Source of the DNA: Eledone cirrhosa
Lineage: Eukaryota
Direction: 5' to 3'
DNA: 64,000 bases
NCBI GenBank assembly: GCA_964016885.1
Contig: OZ024749.1
Location: forward strand, 1,984,001-2,048,000
Within the stretch, counting starts at the first letter, position 1. Each line of letters begins with the position of its first letter. Below are positions 26,341 to 40,746 of the stretch, in pieces. The position numbers and the translations under genes are program-made. The notes under the pieces were generated by a model. That model did not search any database. It saw nothing but the letters and a program-made list of their open reading frames with translations, and was not told the origin of the DNA.

Positions 26341-27592
26341 CTTGTTGTTGTTGTTGTTGTTGTTGACGTTGTGTTGTTGTTGTTGTTGTTGACATTGTTG
26401 GTGTTATTGTTGACGTTGTGGTATTGTTGTTGTTGTTGACGTTGTGGTGTTGTTGATGTTGCTGGTGTTGGTTTTGTTGTTGGTGATGGTGTTGTCTAGT
26501 TGGTGACGGTAGTGTTGTTGGTGATGGTAGTGTTGTTGTTGGTGATGGTAGTGTTGTTGTTGGTGAGGGTAGTGTTGTTGGTGATGGTAGTGTTGTTGTT
26601 GGTGATGGTAGTGATGTTGTTGTTGGTGATGTTAGTCTTGTTGTTGTTGGTGATGGTAGTGTTGTTGTTGGTGATGGTAGCGATGTTGTTGGTGATGGTA
26701 GTGTTGATGGTGATGGTAGTGTTGATGGTGATGGTAGTGTTGTTGTTGGTGAGGGTAGTGTTGTTGGTGATGGTAGTGATGTTGTTGGTGATGGTAGTGT
26801 TGATGGTGATGGTAGTGTTGATGGTGATGGTAGTGATGTTGTTGGTGATGGTAGTGTTGATGGTGATGGTAGTGTTGATGGTGATGGTAGTGTTGTTGTT
26901 GGTGATGGTAGTGTTGTTGTTGGTGATGGTAGTGATGTTGTTGTTGGTGATGTTAGTCTTGTTGTTGTTGGTGATGGTAGTGTTGTTGTTGGTGATGGTA
27001 GCGATGTTGTTGGTGATGGTAGCGATGTTGTTGGTGATGGTAGTGTTGATGGTGATGGTAGTGTTGATGGTGATGGTAGTGATGTTGTTGGTGATGGTAG
27101 TGTTGATGGTGATGGTAGTGTTGATGGTGATGGTAGTGTTGTTGTTGGTGATGGTAGTGTTGATGGTGATGGTAGTGTTGATGGTGATGGTAGTGATGTT
27201 GTTGGTGATGGTAGTGTTGTTGTTGGTGATGGTAGTGTTGTTGTTGGTGATGGTAGTGTTGTTGTTGGTGATGGTAGTGTTGTTGGTGATGGTAGTGTTG
27301 TTGTTGTTGGTGGTAGTGATGTTGTTGTTGGTGATGGTAGTATTGTTGTTGTTGGTGATGGTAGTGTTGATGGTAATGGTAGTGATGTTGGTGATGGTAG
27401 TGATGTTGTTGGTGATGGTAGTGTTGTTGTTGTTGGTGATGGTAGTGTTGATGGTAATGGTAGTGATGTTGGTGATGGTAGTGATGTTGTTGGTGATGGT
27501 AGTGATGTTGTTGGTGATGGTAGTGATGTTGTTGGTGATGGTAGTGATGTTGTTGGTGATGGTAGTGATGTTGTTGGTGATGGTAGTGATGT
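26341..27592. repeat. Trinucleotide-based (GTT/GAT/GGT) compound tandem repeat
   Basis: 18-24 bp units such as GGTGATGGTAGTGTTGTTGTT. Confidence 0.9.
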
Positions 27593-28212
27593 CATCCGTT
27601 CTCGTATTACATTCATATTGATAACATAGGTGAATCCCTCCACCCACACACATACACACATACACACACAGAAACACAGACTCACACATACTCCCACATA
27701 ACACACACATACAGACACATACTCCCACATAACACACAGAAAAACGCACAAACACACAGACAGACACACACAGACACACACACAGACAGACACATGGAAT
27801 GACATTCATGTTTATACTAAAATATACGAGAAATAGTCGCATACACACACATATATATCTTACACATACACACATATATAGCACACACATACACACATAT
27901 ATAGACACACACACACATAACGCAGAATGTTCATTACATACACACAACCATGGAATTATTAATACGTATTTTCAGTTAAACACACTTACACTCCTTCATA
28001 CATACACACATTGTTAAGCACACTTACAAACAAGAGTTTATATATACACAAGTGGCTTACTAAATAACCAAAATACACTTTATACAATCAACCACAACTG
28101 ACAGATATATATATATCAACACAGATATACATACATGTACTCATAACTCCTGACTGAGTCGTAGGGACGCCGTAGTGACATATGGCTCTTCTTGGGCATT
28201 TTAAGCTTGGCG

Positions 28213-29495
28213 GGACCCATCCCTCTCCAGACCACTGTACAGCCGGAACCTATCCCTCTCCAGACCACTGTACAGCCGGAAGCCATCCCTCTCCAGGCCT
28301 CTGTACAGCCGGAAGCCATCCCTCTCCAGGCCTCTGTACAGCCGGAACCCATCCCTCTCCAGACCACTGTACAGCCGGAACCTATCCCTCTCCAGGCCTC
28401 TGTACAGCCGGAAGCCATCCCTCGCCAGACCTCTGTACAGCCGGAAGCCATCCCTCTCCAGGCCTCTGTACAGCCGGAACCCATCCCTCTCCAGACCACT
28501 GTACAGCCGGAAGCCATCCCTCTCCAGGCCTCTGTACAGCCGGAAGCCATCCCTCTCCAGGCCTCTGTACAGCCGGAAGCCATCCCTCTCCAGGCCTCTG
28601 TACAGCCGGAAGCCATCCCTCTCCAGGCCTCTGTACAGCCGGAACCTATCCCTCTCCAGGCCTCTGTACAGCCGGAACCTATCCCTCGCCAGGCCTCTGT
28701 ACAGCCGGAAGCCATCCCTTTCCAGGCCTCTGTACAGCCGGAAGCCATCCCTCGCCAGGCCTCTGTACAGCCGGAAGCCATCCCTCTCCAGGCCTCTGTA
28801 CAGCCGGAACCTATCCCTCGCCAGGCCTCTGTACAGCCGGAAGCCATCCCTCTCCAGGCCTCTGTACAGCCGGAACCTATCCCTCGCCAGGCCTGAGTAC
28901 AGCCGGAAGCCATCCCTCTCCAGGCCTGAGTACAGCCGGAAGCCATCCCTCTCCAGGCCTCTGTACAGCCGGAAGCCATCCCTCTCCAGGCCTCTGTACA
29001 GCCGGAACCTATCCCTCTCCAGGCCTCTGTACAGCCGGAAGCCATCCCTCTCCAGGCCTCTGTACAGCCGGAACCTATCCCTCTCCAGGCCTCTGTACAG
29101 CCGGAAGCCATCCCTCTCCAGGCCTCTGTACAGCCGGAAGCCATCCCTCTCCAGGCCTCTGTACAGCCGGAACCTATCCCTCTCCAGGCCTCTGTACAGC
29201 CGGAAGCCATCCCTCTCCAGGCCTCTGTACAGCCGGAACCCATCCCTCTCCAGGCCTCTGTACAGCCGGAACCCATCCCTCTCCAGACCTCTGTACAGCC
29301 GGAACCTATCCCTCTCCAGGCCTCTGTACAGCCGGAAGCCATCCCTCGCCAGACCTCTGTACAGCCGGAAGCCATCCCTCGCCAGGCCTCTGTACAGCCG
29401 GAAGCCATCCCTCTCCAGGCCTCTGTACAGCCGGAAGCCATCCCTCTCCAGGCCTCTGTACAGCCGGAACCTATCCCTCTCCAGGCCTGAGTACT
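28213..29495. repeat. 33-bp GC-rich minisatellite, ~39 copies
   Basis: CAGCCGGAAGCCATCCCTCTCCAGGCCTCTGTA with a few interspersed variants. Confidence 0.95.
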
Positions 29496-30065
29496 GCAGA
29501 ATTGTTTCAGAGAAAGTTGTCAGTCAGAGAGAGAAAAGGAGAAAGAGATTTAGAGGAAAAATGCGCCTCAGTACTGGAAAAGTACCTTTTTTTTTATCGA
29601 CCCCGAAAGGATGAAAGGCAAAGTTGACCTCGGCGGGATTTGAACTCAGAGAGCAGAGAAATGGAATGAATACTGTAAAGCAATCTAGCAGACGTTCTAA
29701 CGCCTGCGCTGCCTAGAGAGACAGACAACCATAGATCAATCCCAGATACATAATACATTCATAAACACACCTGCATAAGGTAATACACATACATAAGGTA
29801 ATATATATATACATATATATATGCATAACACATATTAAAGCACACGCATACACACAGTAAGGCAAACACAGAATAACACATGTGCACACAGTCATATACA
29901 CACAGGAATCAGTTGAGAAACCTAATTTCTTCTAACAGAACAAAGAGTTTCTCAACATGTCAGATTCCTCTTTTCCCAACGGGATGCCAACGTATCCAGA
30001 CACGCGTATGGCTCTATATATCTCTATCACGCCTTATATATATACATATATATATATACGTGTGT

Positions 30066-30111
<46 letters not shown>

Positions 30112-30148
30112 ATATACATATGCACACACAGACACACACACACATATA

Positions 30149-30179
<31 letters not shown>

Positions 30180-30257
30180 GAATTAAAAATTGACAAAGGC
30201 GCTCTGTGTTTACTAATAAATATTATTTAGAAAACGTAAGACAAAGACAAATATTTT

Positions 30258-30299
<42 letters not shown>

Positions 30300-30304
30300 T
30301 ATAT

Positions 30305-30527
30305 CTAAGGCGGGTAAAATTCCCGAGATCCATGGACGAGTTCTCTCCAGCGGTCTCTGTCCCTCATTATCGCTGCCATGTCCTTCGTCTCCAACAGACC
30401 AGTGTCTGTCCTTAGGGCATCAACATACGTTAACCTTGGTCTTCCTCTTCCAGTGTGTCCATGTAGGGGCTCCCACAGGAGCACTGAGTGCAATGTCAAC
30501 TCTGGATGTCGGTGAGCATGTCCAGCT
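30305..30527 (-). mobile_element. 3' fragment of an RTE-like LINE
   Basis: AGHAHRHPE..LLWEPLHGHTGRGRPRLTYVDAL..DRDRWRELV; second copy at 41935-42216. Confidence 0.75.
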
Positions 30528-30735
30528 ATTCATTATATTAAGACTAAACAGTGAGTTAGCCTGTCACTGTGGATTTTCGCCTGTTTATCAGAGGATCCTG
30601 AGATAAATAGGCGAAACTCCAGAGTACCAAGACTCACTATTTAGACTTAATAACATGAATATTAAAACTCTACTTCGGTACTGAGTACTCCTTTCACACA
30701 GCTGTCAACCACATACGGATATATTATATTATGTT

Positions 30736-30786
<51 letters not shown>

Positions 30787-30792
<6 letters not shown>

Positions 30793-32820
30793 CTAGACGT
30801 AACTCTTAATTTGAACACAGGATGGATACGACCCTTCCACAAGATAAATGAGAACCTTACCTATAATAATTACAACTCGAATCACCCACTTTCCATGATC
30901 AAATCGGTTCCCCGTAGTATTTCCCTCAGAATCTCTCGCCTATCGTCAGATTTTCAGTGAACATGCTGAATACTATAATAACGCATTAAGGAATTCAGAC
31001 CACCGGGGATACAATAGAATACATTGATAAGAATCTCCACAACACACATAGCTGCACACGCAATCAAAGAATATATAACTGGGGTACAGAAATACAAGCG
31101 CACACACACAGTACCACCAGACATATTAATAATAGAATATCATCACCAAACTCAAATAAATTACGTTGTAGACAGTATATCTGGTATAATCCCATGTTTA
31201 ATGCTTCGATTAATACAAAACTATCTCTTTTATTCTTTAAGTTAATTAACACACATTTCCCTAGTTCCCATAAATACAGTAAGATTCTAAACACTAAGAC
31301 TATTAAGCTACATACTCCACTGCACCAAACCTAGAAGCACACATAAAAAAAACTTAACTTAAAGCGATTATTAAACAACACTACAAAACAAAAAAAATTA
31401 GACACAGATGGGCATAACGTAATATCAACTTCCCAACCACCAAATGGGAGACAAGTATTACACAACCCACCTGAACTGTTATCCCAACCTATCCATGGTA
31501 CAGTTGTTACCCATAACAAAAACTACAATTGCCACCTACTTGAGAGATGCCCTTTGAAGAATAAATGCCTGGAGTCCAACATTGTTTATCAATGCACTGT
31601 CGAATCGAACGACCAGAAATGGTATTACATCGGGTCTACCACTACCTCCTTTAAATTTCGCTGGTATCGTCATCGATTTTCGATTAAACATCCTGAACAT
31701 CGTTATGTAACTACACTCGCTAATAAGACCTGGCAACTCCGTGAATACAACCAGCAGTTCACCCTAAAATGGGGTAAATTATCAAGCGCTAGTGCATATC
31801 AGAGTGGATTGAAATACTGCAGATTATGCAACCTTGAACTCTTTTATGTCTTGAAATCTAAAAACAATTTACTAAATGACAGAATCGAACGATCGTTATA
31901 CTGCAACCACAAACTGAAGGCTAACTTTTCTCACTATAAAAGTAACTTAACATAATTTGAACTCGAGACTATTACACCACTTTCTCGCTAATTTCACTCA
32001 ATACTTACTTCCTAACTATATCACCCCCCCCCCCCGCCTACACAATACTAACCAGTACCTTACTTATCGTAATAAAGGTATACTTTAGTACGATCAGCAA
32101 ACTACAACTATCAACTCGGTGTATATTACCTTTCCTTCCTCTTCTCTTAACTTTTTTCTGTCCCCTCTCTCTCTTTCTTTATCTCTCACGCCCTCTGTCT
32201 ATCTCCCTCCTTCTCTACATCAATTAACCTGTCTCTGTGGCAATAAATAATTCCAAACAATAAATAATTCCAAACTTGACAATATCAACACAATGCCTAA
32301 GTTGTCACTTTGAGAGTAAGCAGTATAATAAAACCCCTTGTTTGACCCCATTTAGATTAAGCTATATGTATTCTTCAAACCACTCTCTCCCATTTCTCCT
32401 ACCCCTACATATCTCTCTCTCTCTCTCTCTCCCTTCTTTCTCTCTTCCTTTCTACTCTATCTTCCCCAATTACTGCCTTTAAGAAATATAAGTAAACCAT
32501 GATTCAGCCATTCGTTCTGAAGATTTGGTGATACGAACAGCATTTTAAAATTGAGTATCTGCAAATTAATAACTACCAATTTGCACCTAGCATGACTAGG
32601 CTGTGTAACTACTAAAGAAACATTTGTAAACACTTGGAATAAATTACCTTTTTATGATGTTTACCTGTTTTATTAATCATTCTTTATCTCCACTCCGGAA
32701 TATAGAAGAATCGGAAACCAAGTTTATTTAACCGTTCTTTTGTAACTCGTTGAGTAACCCCTCACCGTACGTCGACTCTATCTAGTGTAGTAATTAACCA
32801 ATACTGCATTCAAGATAATC
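30787..32820 (+). mobile_element. Penelope-like retroelement relic (RT C-terminus + GIY-YIG endonuclease + 3' region)
   Basis: FLDVTLNL..SNHP..RISRLSS remnants followed by the 31554-31955 GIY-YIG frame; flanked by (TA)n; 3' boundary approximate. Confidence 0.75.
31554..31955 (+). pseudogene. GIY-YIG endonuclease domain of a Penelope-like element
   Basis: CLESNIVYQC..YYIGSTTTSFKFRWYRH..LKW..CRLCNLE..LLNDRIE..CNHK. Confidence 0.8.
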
Positions 32821-33169
32821 CTAAGCATTTCTTGCATAACCTAATATATATATATATATATTGGAAAATGTGTGAGATCCTTGGTACAGTTAGGTATATT
32901 TGAAAAAAAAGGAAAAGAATGACTTCACTTGCAGATTTGGAATATTTGTCAGAAATGTATTTTGTTGATATTGATTTGGGATCTACCAACTCATAATATT
33001 ATAATATTATAAAATTAAATCAAATTATTTAGAACTACAAGTGAAATCATTCTCTTCCTTTTTTTCAAATATTTTGCAAGAGATGTCAACATGAAAGGAC
33101 CTATTATTTTTATCTAAAGACATTTTTTCCAATTCCATCCCACCCGTCCCCTTTTTATTTCTCATTCTT

Positions 33170-33205
33170 TCTTCTGATGACGGACTAGCGTCCGAAACGT
33201 TAAGA
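33170..33205 (+). ncRNA. Type I minimal hammerhead ribozyme motif
   Basis: UCUU-CUGAUGA-C-GGAC(UAGC)GUCC-GAA-ACGU-U-AAGA. Confidence 0.72.
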
Positions 33206-33286
33206 CCCTCTTCCTGCTATATCAAGCGTTAACCTAATATATACCTTCCGTATACTGTACCGATTGCGTTGTTATTTCTGTATACC

Positions 33287-33417
<131 letters not shown>

Positions 33418-34984
33418 TTCTTGATAAGCTTGGAGTCTCATGGATAATGTAACGATTAGATATTTCCACAAAGTACAAGCGAAACTGTCGACAGTCAGGA
33501 GTAGAGAAATATTGGTAAACATTTATCTATTTTTTCTTCAAACTTACATTTTAAACTTAGCTCTATTTAATTGATTATTTATTTAGTTAATTTCTACGGA
33601 CTAAGAAGGAAAATTAGGTAAATTTTATCTGACTTTTCTTCTAATTAATAATTTTAATAAAGCTCTGACTTATAATTATTTCATTCATTCATTGAGCCCC
33701 ACCATTGAATGTGGGCTACACTCATATGTTATAATGGTTATGTTTAAATATATGTGTTCTTTATGACTTTATATATATATTTATATATATATATATATAT
33801 AATGGCGGAACCAAGCTATTAAACAGAAGGGCCGACTTATTGGGTGCCTGCAGACACCTAAGGACGGGAACTTTCCTCAAGCTATATGGATAAACCCCGG
33901 TTACGGCCTCCCACAAGCCCCCCCCCCCCCTGTAGGTCCCCTACACCCCGTACCAATGACCATTGGACAACAACAACCACCCATGGTTTGCGGTCATTAT
34001 GGTGGATGGTCCACCGCGGATCCTCTACTGGTTGGGAGTCATCTAAACAATGTTTTATTGAACTTGATTTTATATATGTATATATGTATCATGTGTATAT
34101 ATGTGTGTATTTTATATGTGTATGTACGCGTATTTTATATATGTGTGCGTATCTGTATGTATATATTATATATATATATGTGTATGTGTGTGTGTAATTT
34201 TTTATATATATATGTATGTTTTACGTGTGTATATATTTTGTGTGTGTGTATTCTATGTATATATATATTTTTTATATTTTTGTATGTATATATTTTATAT
34301 ATATGTATGTTCTGTGTATATATATATATTTTATATATATATATATGTATACTTGTGCGTACATACATGCATACATATGCACACCTGTATGGATTTGTGT
34401 GTGTAGATGTGTGAGTGTCTGAGGTGGTAGGTGTGAGTATGTACAAGTCAACCAGCATAAACCTTTTATTTCTAAATTTTCTAAACTATCTAAGTATTGG
34501 ACTATAACCATAATATTAAGTATTACCACTCCACATTTTGTATGTGTGGATGTGTGTGTGTGTCTGTGGAGGTGGGTGTGAGTGTAGTGCAAGCCAACCT
34601 ACATAAGTCTTTTTATTTGTAAACTTTCTACTCCAACCATAAATTTCAGTAGCACCACTCCACATAAATTCCTCAATTTAAGAATGACCTCTAGTATCTA
34701 TTTCATACTATTAACCTTCTTTGAAAATATATCTGAACAGGAATGCCTTTTGTGAAAATCAATCATATGGAACTATTGTCAGCTTGCCTGACGGTTTGAA
34801 CCTCACAGAACCACCTGCCTCTTTGAGGTCAAATACCAACCTACTACCATCTACAAACTGACCAATGATAATCAAGACCATTCCTGCTGACAACTTCAAA
34901 GTATTTCTAGAAAGCTCATATGTCCCAAGGCTCTGATACCATCAAAACTATACACACAGAGCTGGCATATCTAAGAACTGACTA

Positions 34985-35040
34985 ACTGCCTGATGACGTC
35001 ATAGCCATTCAATGGCTATCATCGAAATATATATAGCAGT
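34985..35040 (+). ncRNA. Type I minimal hammerhead ribozyme motif
   Basis: ACUGC-CUGAUGA-cguc-AUAGCCAU(UCA)AUGGCUAU-cauc-GAA-AUAUAUAU-A-GCAGU; base of stem II mismatched. Confidence 0.68.
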
Positions 35041-35379
35041 AAATAAAGGATTATGAGTTCATGCAATTGACTTATGTTTCGTCACTGTATATATATATAT
35101 GTGTGTGTGTGTGTGAGAGTGAGAGAGAGAGAGAGTGAGTGTGTGTGTGCGTGATGTGTGTGTGTGTGTGAGTCAGTGTGTGTGTCTATCTATGCCCCAT
35201 AGTTTTCTACGGTAAGTGTTCTTTGATGTTCCACATAAATTGAAACTAGTCGGATCAGTCTGGACTCAGACAAATCTCTTCTATAACATCGTTCTGTTTA
35301 CTTTTCAAAATGAGGTTAAATTAGTTTAAGAACTCACACTGCAAATGTTTACCTTGAATTGACCCCCCACCCCACACAC

Positions 35380-35425
<46 letters not shown>

Positions 35426-36153
35426 CTATATATACTATATATATATATATATACTATATATATACTATATATATACTATATATATATACACACATATATA
35501 TACACACCTATATTATATACATATATATATATATATTATATACATATATATATTATATACATATACATATATATATTATATACATATACATATATATATA
35601 TTATATACATATATATATATATATATTATATACATATATATATATATATATTATATACATATATATATATAAATATATATGTATATATATAAATATATAT
35701 GTATATATACATATATATTATGTATATATATATACACACATGTATTCATATATATATATGTATAAATATATATATAAATATATATGTATATATGTATGTG
35801 TATGTGTGTGTGTGTCGGTGTGTGTGTTGCGTATTTCCTGCGTACACACACAAAAGAACAAACAAAAATCAGCAGTGAATTCTTTTCCACCATAAACCTA
35901 CGGAAGACGTTACAATCTTCTCAGAAGGAAACCGAGAGTACAAATTAACTTAAATAGGAAAAAATAAGGGCATTATACGGTTGTCGTAATAGCAGTAGTA
36001 GATTCTCTTTTCTAGCACAGACATTCGTTCGAACTAAAAAAAATCTACCATAAAAATATTTTTCTATTTTTACACACACACACGTGTATATATTTGTGTA
36101 TTGCATATATATATATATTTATATATATACACACATACATAGAGGCACACACA

Positions 36154-36197
<44 letters not shown>

Positions 36198-36208
36198 GAC
36201 ACACACAC

Positions 36209-36248
<40 letters not shown>

Positions 36249-36274
36249 GCACACACACATACAGACACACACAC

Positions 36275-36314
<40 letters not shown>

Positions 36315-36332
36315 GCACACACACATACACAC

Positions 36333-36403
<71 letters not shown>

Positions 36404-36487
36404 CACACATACTTATATATATATATTTATATATCAATATAAATATATACTGTATATCTTCATCTATATATACACACAGACACATAG

Positions 36488-36524
<37 letters not shown>

Positions 36525-37101
36525 CACGCACACACACATATATATATATACATATACATATACATATATATATACACATACTTATATATATATTTATATA
36601 TCAATATAATTATATATATATATCTTCATCTTCATTCTCTATTCTTTCCTAAACGTAACAATTTTTTTCTTTATATTTCTATTTCTATTTATATTAACCA
36701 GATTTCTTCTGGAACGTTCGAGGAAACCTCAATTTTGGAATTAGCTTACAAGCTGATGTTCGCCATATTTGCCGTATTCCTTTCTTTATTAATTTTTTGA
36801 AATTATTTTCTTTTATTTTGTATTACTGCATGTGTTTTGGTAATGTTTGTAGTTATTGTTCTATCTGTTGTTGTAACCTGTAACAGTATTTTAATCCTTC
36901 TTATACCTGGATTAGTTTCCATAGGAAAACATTATTGAATATTACTGTTGTTGTTGTTTGCTTCTTTTGATGCTATTGAATTATTATTTCTACTATAATT
37001 ATTTGTATTGTTGTTGTTGTTATTATTTAAAAATCATTTTATTACGCATATATGATTTTTATATTTTAATAAGTATATTAAGTTACATACGTATACGAGT
37101 T

Positions 37102-37137
<36 letters not shown>

Positions 37138-37157
37138 TGAGTGCGTGTGTGTATGCG

Positions 37158-37209
<52 letters not shown>

Positions 37210-37295
37210 CACATATATGTATATATGTATCTGCGTGTATATATATATATATATATATATATACATACACATCTATGCATATATGTATCTGCGTG

Positions 37296-37336
<41 letters not shown>

Positions 37337-37338
37337 GT

Positions 37339-37401
<63 letters not shown>

Positions 37402-37525
37402 CACATATATATATTCATACACATATATATATTCATACACATATATGTATATATGTATCTGCGTGTATAAATATATATATGTATCTGTGTTTATATATAT
37501 ATATATATTATATATATACACATTC

Positions 37526-37567
<42 letters not shown>

Positions 37568-37852
37568 GTATATGTATATATATATATAACCTCATTTTTG
37601 CTTTGCTGTCAATATTTGTGTATTGCACTGGATTATTCCCCGTACAATTGCACTTACTTCCCTTTCTCTCCCTCTCTATCTCCCTTTCTCCCTCTCTCCC
37701 TCTCTCTCTCTCCCCTTTCTCTCTTTCTCCCTCTCTCCTTCTTTCTCTCTCTCTCTTAACTCTAGCTGTTTCTTAATATCCCCCCTTTAGTGTCCACATT
37801 ACAATTGAATAGAAATGTTCAGCTTAGCCTCTGTTTCATTGTTGTTTATTTT

Positions 37853-37863
37853 GGTAGTAGTAA

Positions 37864-37912
<49 letters not shown>

Positions 37913-37930
37913 GGTAGTAGTAGTAATAGC

Positions 37931-37984
<54 letters not shown>

Positions 37985-38315
37985 GGTAGTAGTAGTAATA
38001 GCAGTAGTGGTGGTAGTAGTAGTAGTAGCAGCAGCAGCAGTAGTAGTGGTGGTAGTAGTAACAGCAGTAGTAGTACTAGTAGTAGTAGTAGTAGCAGGAG
38101 CAGCAGCAGTAGTAGTGGTAGTAGTGGTAGCAGTAGTAGTAGTAGTGGTGGTAGTGGTGGTAGTAGTAGTAGTGGTAGTATCAGCAGTAGTAGTAGTGGT
38201 GGTAGTAGTAGTAGTAGCAGCAGCAGCAGCAGTAGAAGTAGTAGTAGTAGTAGTAGTAGCAGCAATAGTAGTAGTGGTAGTAGTAGTAGTGGTAGTAGTA
38301 GTAGTAGTAGTAGTG

Positions 38316-38348
<33 letters not shown>

Positions 38349-38368
38349 ATGATGATGATCATCATCAC
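37853..38368. repeat. (TAG/TGG/CAG)n trinucleotide repeat
   Basis: Direct reading; abuts a SINE tail. Confidence 0.92.
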
Positions 38369-38369
38369 T

Positions 38370-39260
38370 ACAATAGGCACAAGCCCAGATATTTTAGTCG
38401 CAAGGGAAAGTCGATTGCATCTACCTCCGTGTATTACTGGTACCTTATTTTATCGCCTTTGCCAGAATTTGAACTGATAACGTAAAGGGCCGTAACTCTA
38501 TGCTCCACTGATATTGCCGATCTACCATAATAATGTTTTCTTAATTAGACCCAAGGCCCGCATTCTTGGAAAGGAAGGGGGGGGGGTCAATAACATAGAC
38601 CCAAGTACATATCTGGTACTTTATTTTATCTACCCACAAGGACGAGAGTCCAAGCATAACTAAGGGGACTGAATTGTTTAACCCAAGATTAGGAACAAAT
38701 GCTGCTAAGAGTGTGATGCTCTACCGACTCTACCAATATCCCCCCTCCACCTCCACCTCCTCATAAAGGACCGTAACTCTTTGCTGCAAAGCATGGCGTC
38801 CGACCCCCTACCGATACTGTCAATCCCCCGCCCTGATAATAATGATGATAATAATTATTGAGTCAAACGCCATGCTTTGACGGATAGAGTTACGGCCCTT
38901 GCCATTCTGAGTTCAAATCCTGCCGAGGTTAACTTTGCCTTTCATCCTTACGGGGTCGATAAAATAAAGTACCAGTAATGCACTGGGTATTTCTGGCCTT
39001 GTGCCAAAAGTAGAAACAATTATTTTGAGACAAGGAAAAGCTGTGGTTTGGCAGTATCGGTAGAGCATCGGACACGATACCGTGCAGCATAGAGTTACGG
39101 CCCTTTACGTTCTGAGTCCAAATACCGCCGAGGTTAGCTTAGCATTACATCCTGACGGGGGCCGATAAATAAAGTACCAGAAACACAGTGGGGGTCGATT
39201 TAATCGACTTTCCCCCTCCCCCAAAATTGTTGGCCTTGCGCCTAAACAAGAAACCATTAT
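38370..39260. mobile_element. Cluster of ~5 tRNA-derived SINEs in both orientations
   Basis: Minus-strand copies 38370-38835 and plus-strand copies 38860-39260 of the family at 12592. Confidence 0.75.
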
Positions 39261-39831
39261 TTTGAAGCAGGGACTAGACTTGTGGTATGAGTGGTCATAG
39301 GTTGCAGTGTTGACTAATCGATCTAGGATTTGCCTCTCTGAGGGACAAGCCTGGAAAAGGTGTATTGTCGAAGACCAGCAGCCCCCATGCATGCAAGTCT
39401 CTTCTCTCCACGACATGTAACTGGTGTTGCTCAAGATGAAGACACTAGAGGATTACGGCAAATTACAGCAAACACAGGGTCTTGCTTAGGGATACAATAC
39501 ACCATCAGGGAACTCGTGATTTTACAAGTCTGATCCCAGGACACCAACCACTAAGCCAGAACAACCTCCGCGCTAATGCATTAAGACAAATTGCACAAGA
39601 ATGTTTTACGCTTCATTTTATTTTGGAGTGTTGTGAAAATTATGTATTCTGCTAAACACTTGAAGTTTTCTCTTGTGAATGTATGACTGCCACAGGATAT
39701 GGTAGTTACAGACAGCATTTCAACATGGCCTCCCTTGGGGACAACATAATTATTACTGTTCTAATACATACAAACACATATAATAGTATGGGTGTGAATA
39801 GATATATACACATATATACATACATACAAAG

Positions 39832-39924
<93 letters not shown>

Positions 39925-40746
39925 TATATGCATATATATATATATACATACATGTGTATGTATGTATATATACACATATATACATACATACAAAGACACA
40001 CACACACACATATATATATACATATATATATATGAACATATATATATATATACATATGTATGTATATGTATATACACATACATATATCTTATCTATCTCT
40101 CTATCTCTCTATATACACATACACATACATATACATATATATATACGTATACATACATATGTGCATACATATATATATATATGTGTGCGTGTGTGTGTGT
40201 ACGTGCGTTTGTCCGTCCGTGAGAGTATGGGCCTACTTCTTTCTTCGTCTGTGTCTCCCTGACTCCCTATCCCCAGTATTCACACTTATTTCATCTCTTC
40301 CTATTCTCTAATGTTTTACACAGTTTTACTAATTGATTTACTTAGATTTCCTCTTAATAACTAAACATTAGATACAGACCAAACCGTAAGGAATTCATTA
40401 ACATAGTTATTTCACCCCCCCTCTCTCTGAAGAGGCAAAGGCTGAAACCGACTGGCCAATACAAGACAGCTCTTGTTTTTAACATTCAGTACTTTTCAAA
40501 ACATTTTGATTGTCTTCTGTTGTATAATCTGGCTTAAATCTAATGCCACCTTACATCATTATAATGTGTTTGAAAAAATATCGATCTGGTCAAGTAATAA
40601 GATTTGTTTCTCAACTAAAGGAGGATTTCGTCTTGAAATTGTAAGGAGAGTCCGTATATCTCCCCCAACCATACACACACACACACACATATATATATAT
40701 ATGTATATGAGGGCGTTAAAGTTTGCTTGAAGCATTGTGAAATGTG

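Noticed and set aside
26324-27805. 493-aa mucin-like (TSLPSPT)n ORF on the cadherin strand
   Set aside because: Trinucleotide-derived repeat open in several frames, with no convincing splice sites; it would interrupt an EC repeat whose flanking exons already join in frame.
28116-29627. 441-481 aa repetitive ORFs
   Set aside because: Translations of a 33-bp minisatellite that happens to lack stops.
30527-30662. Imperfect hairpin as a miRNA precursor or ribozyme
   Set aside because: Many mismatches and no intact core; more likely an old inverted element end.
37790-38485. Poly-Ser/Thr/Val/Leu ORFs
   Set aside because: Trinucleotide repeat attached to a SINE tail.
40420-40460. Hammerhead CUGAAGA-GGC(AAAG)GCU-GAAA
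   Set aside because: No matching UH cleavage site or stem I partner; at most a decayed remnant.
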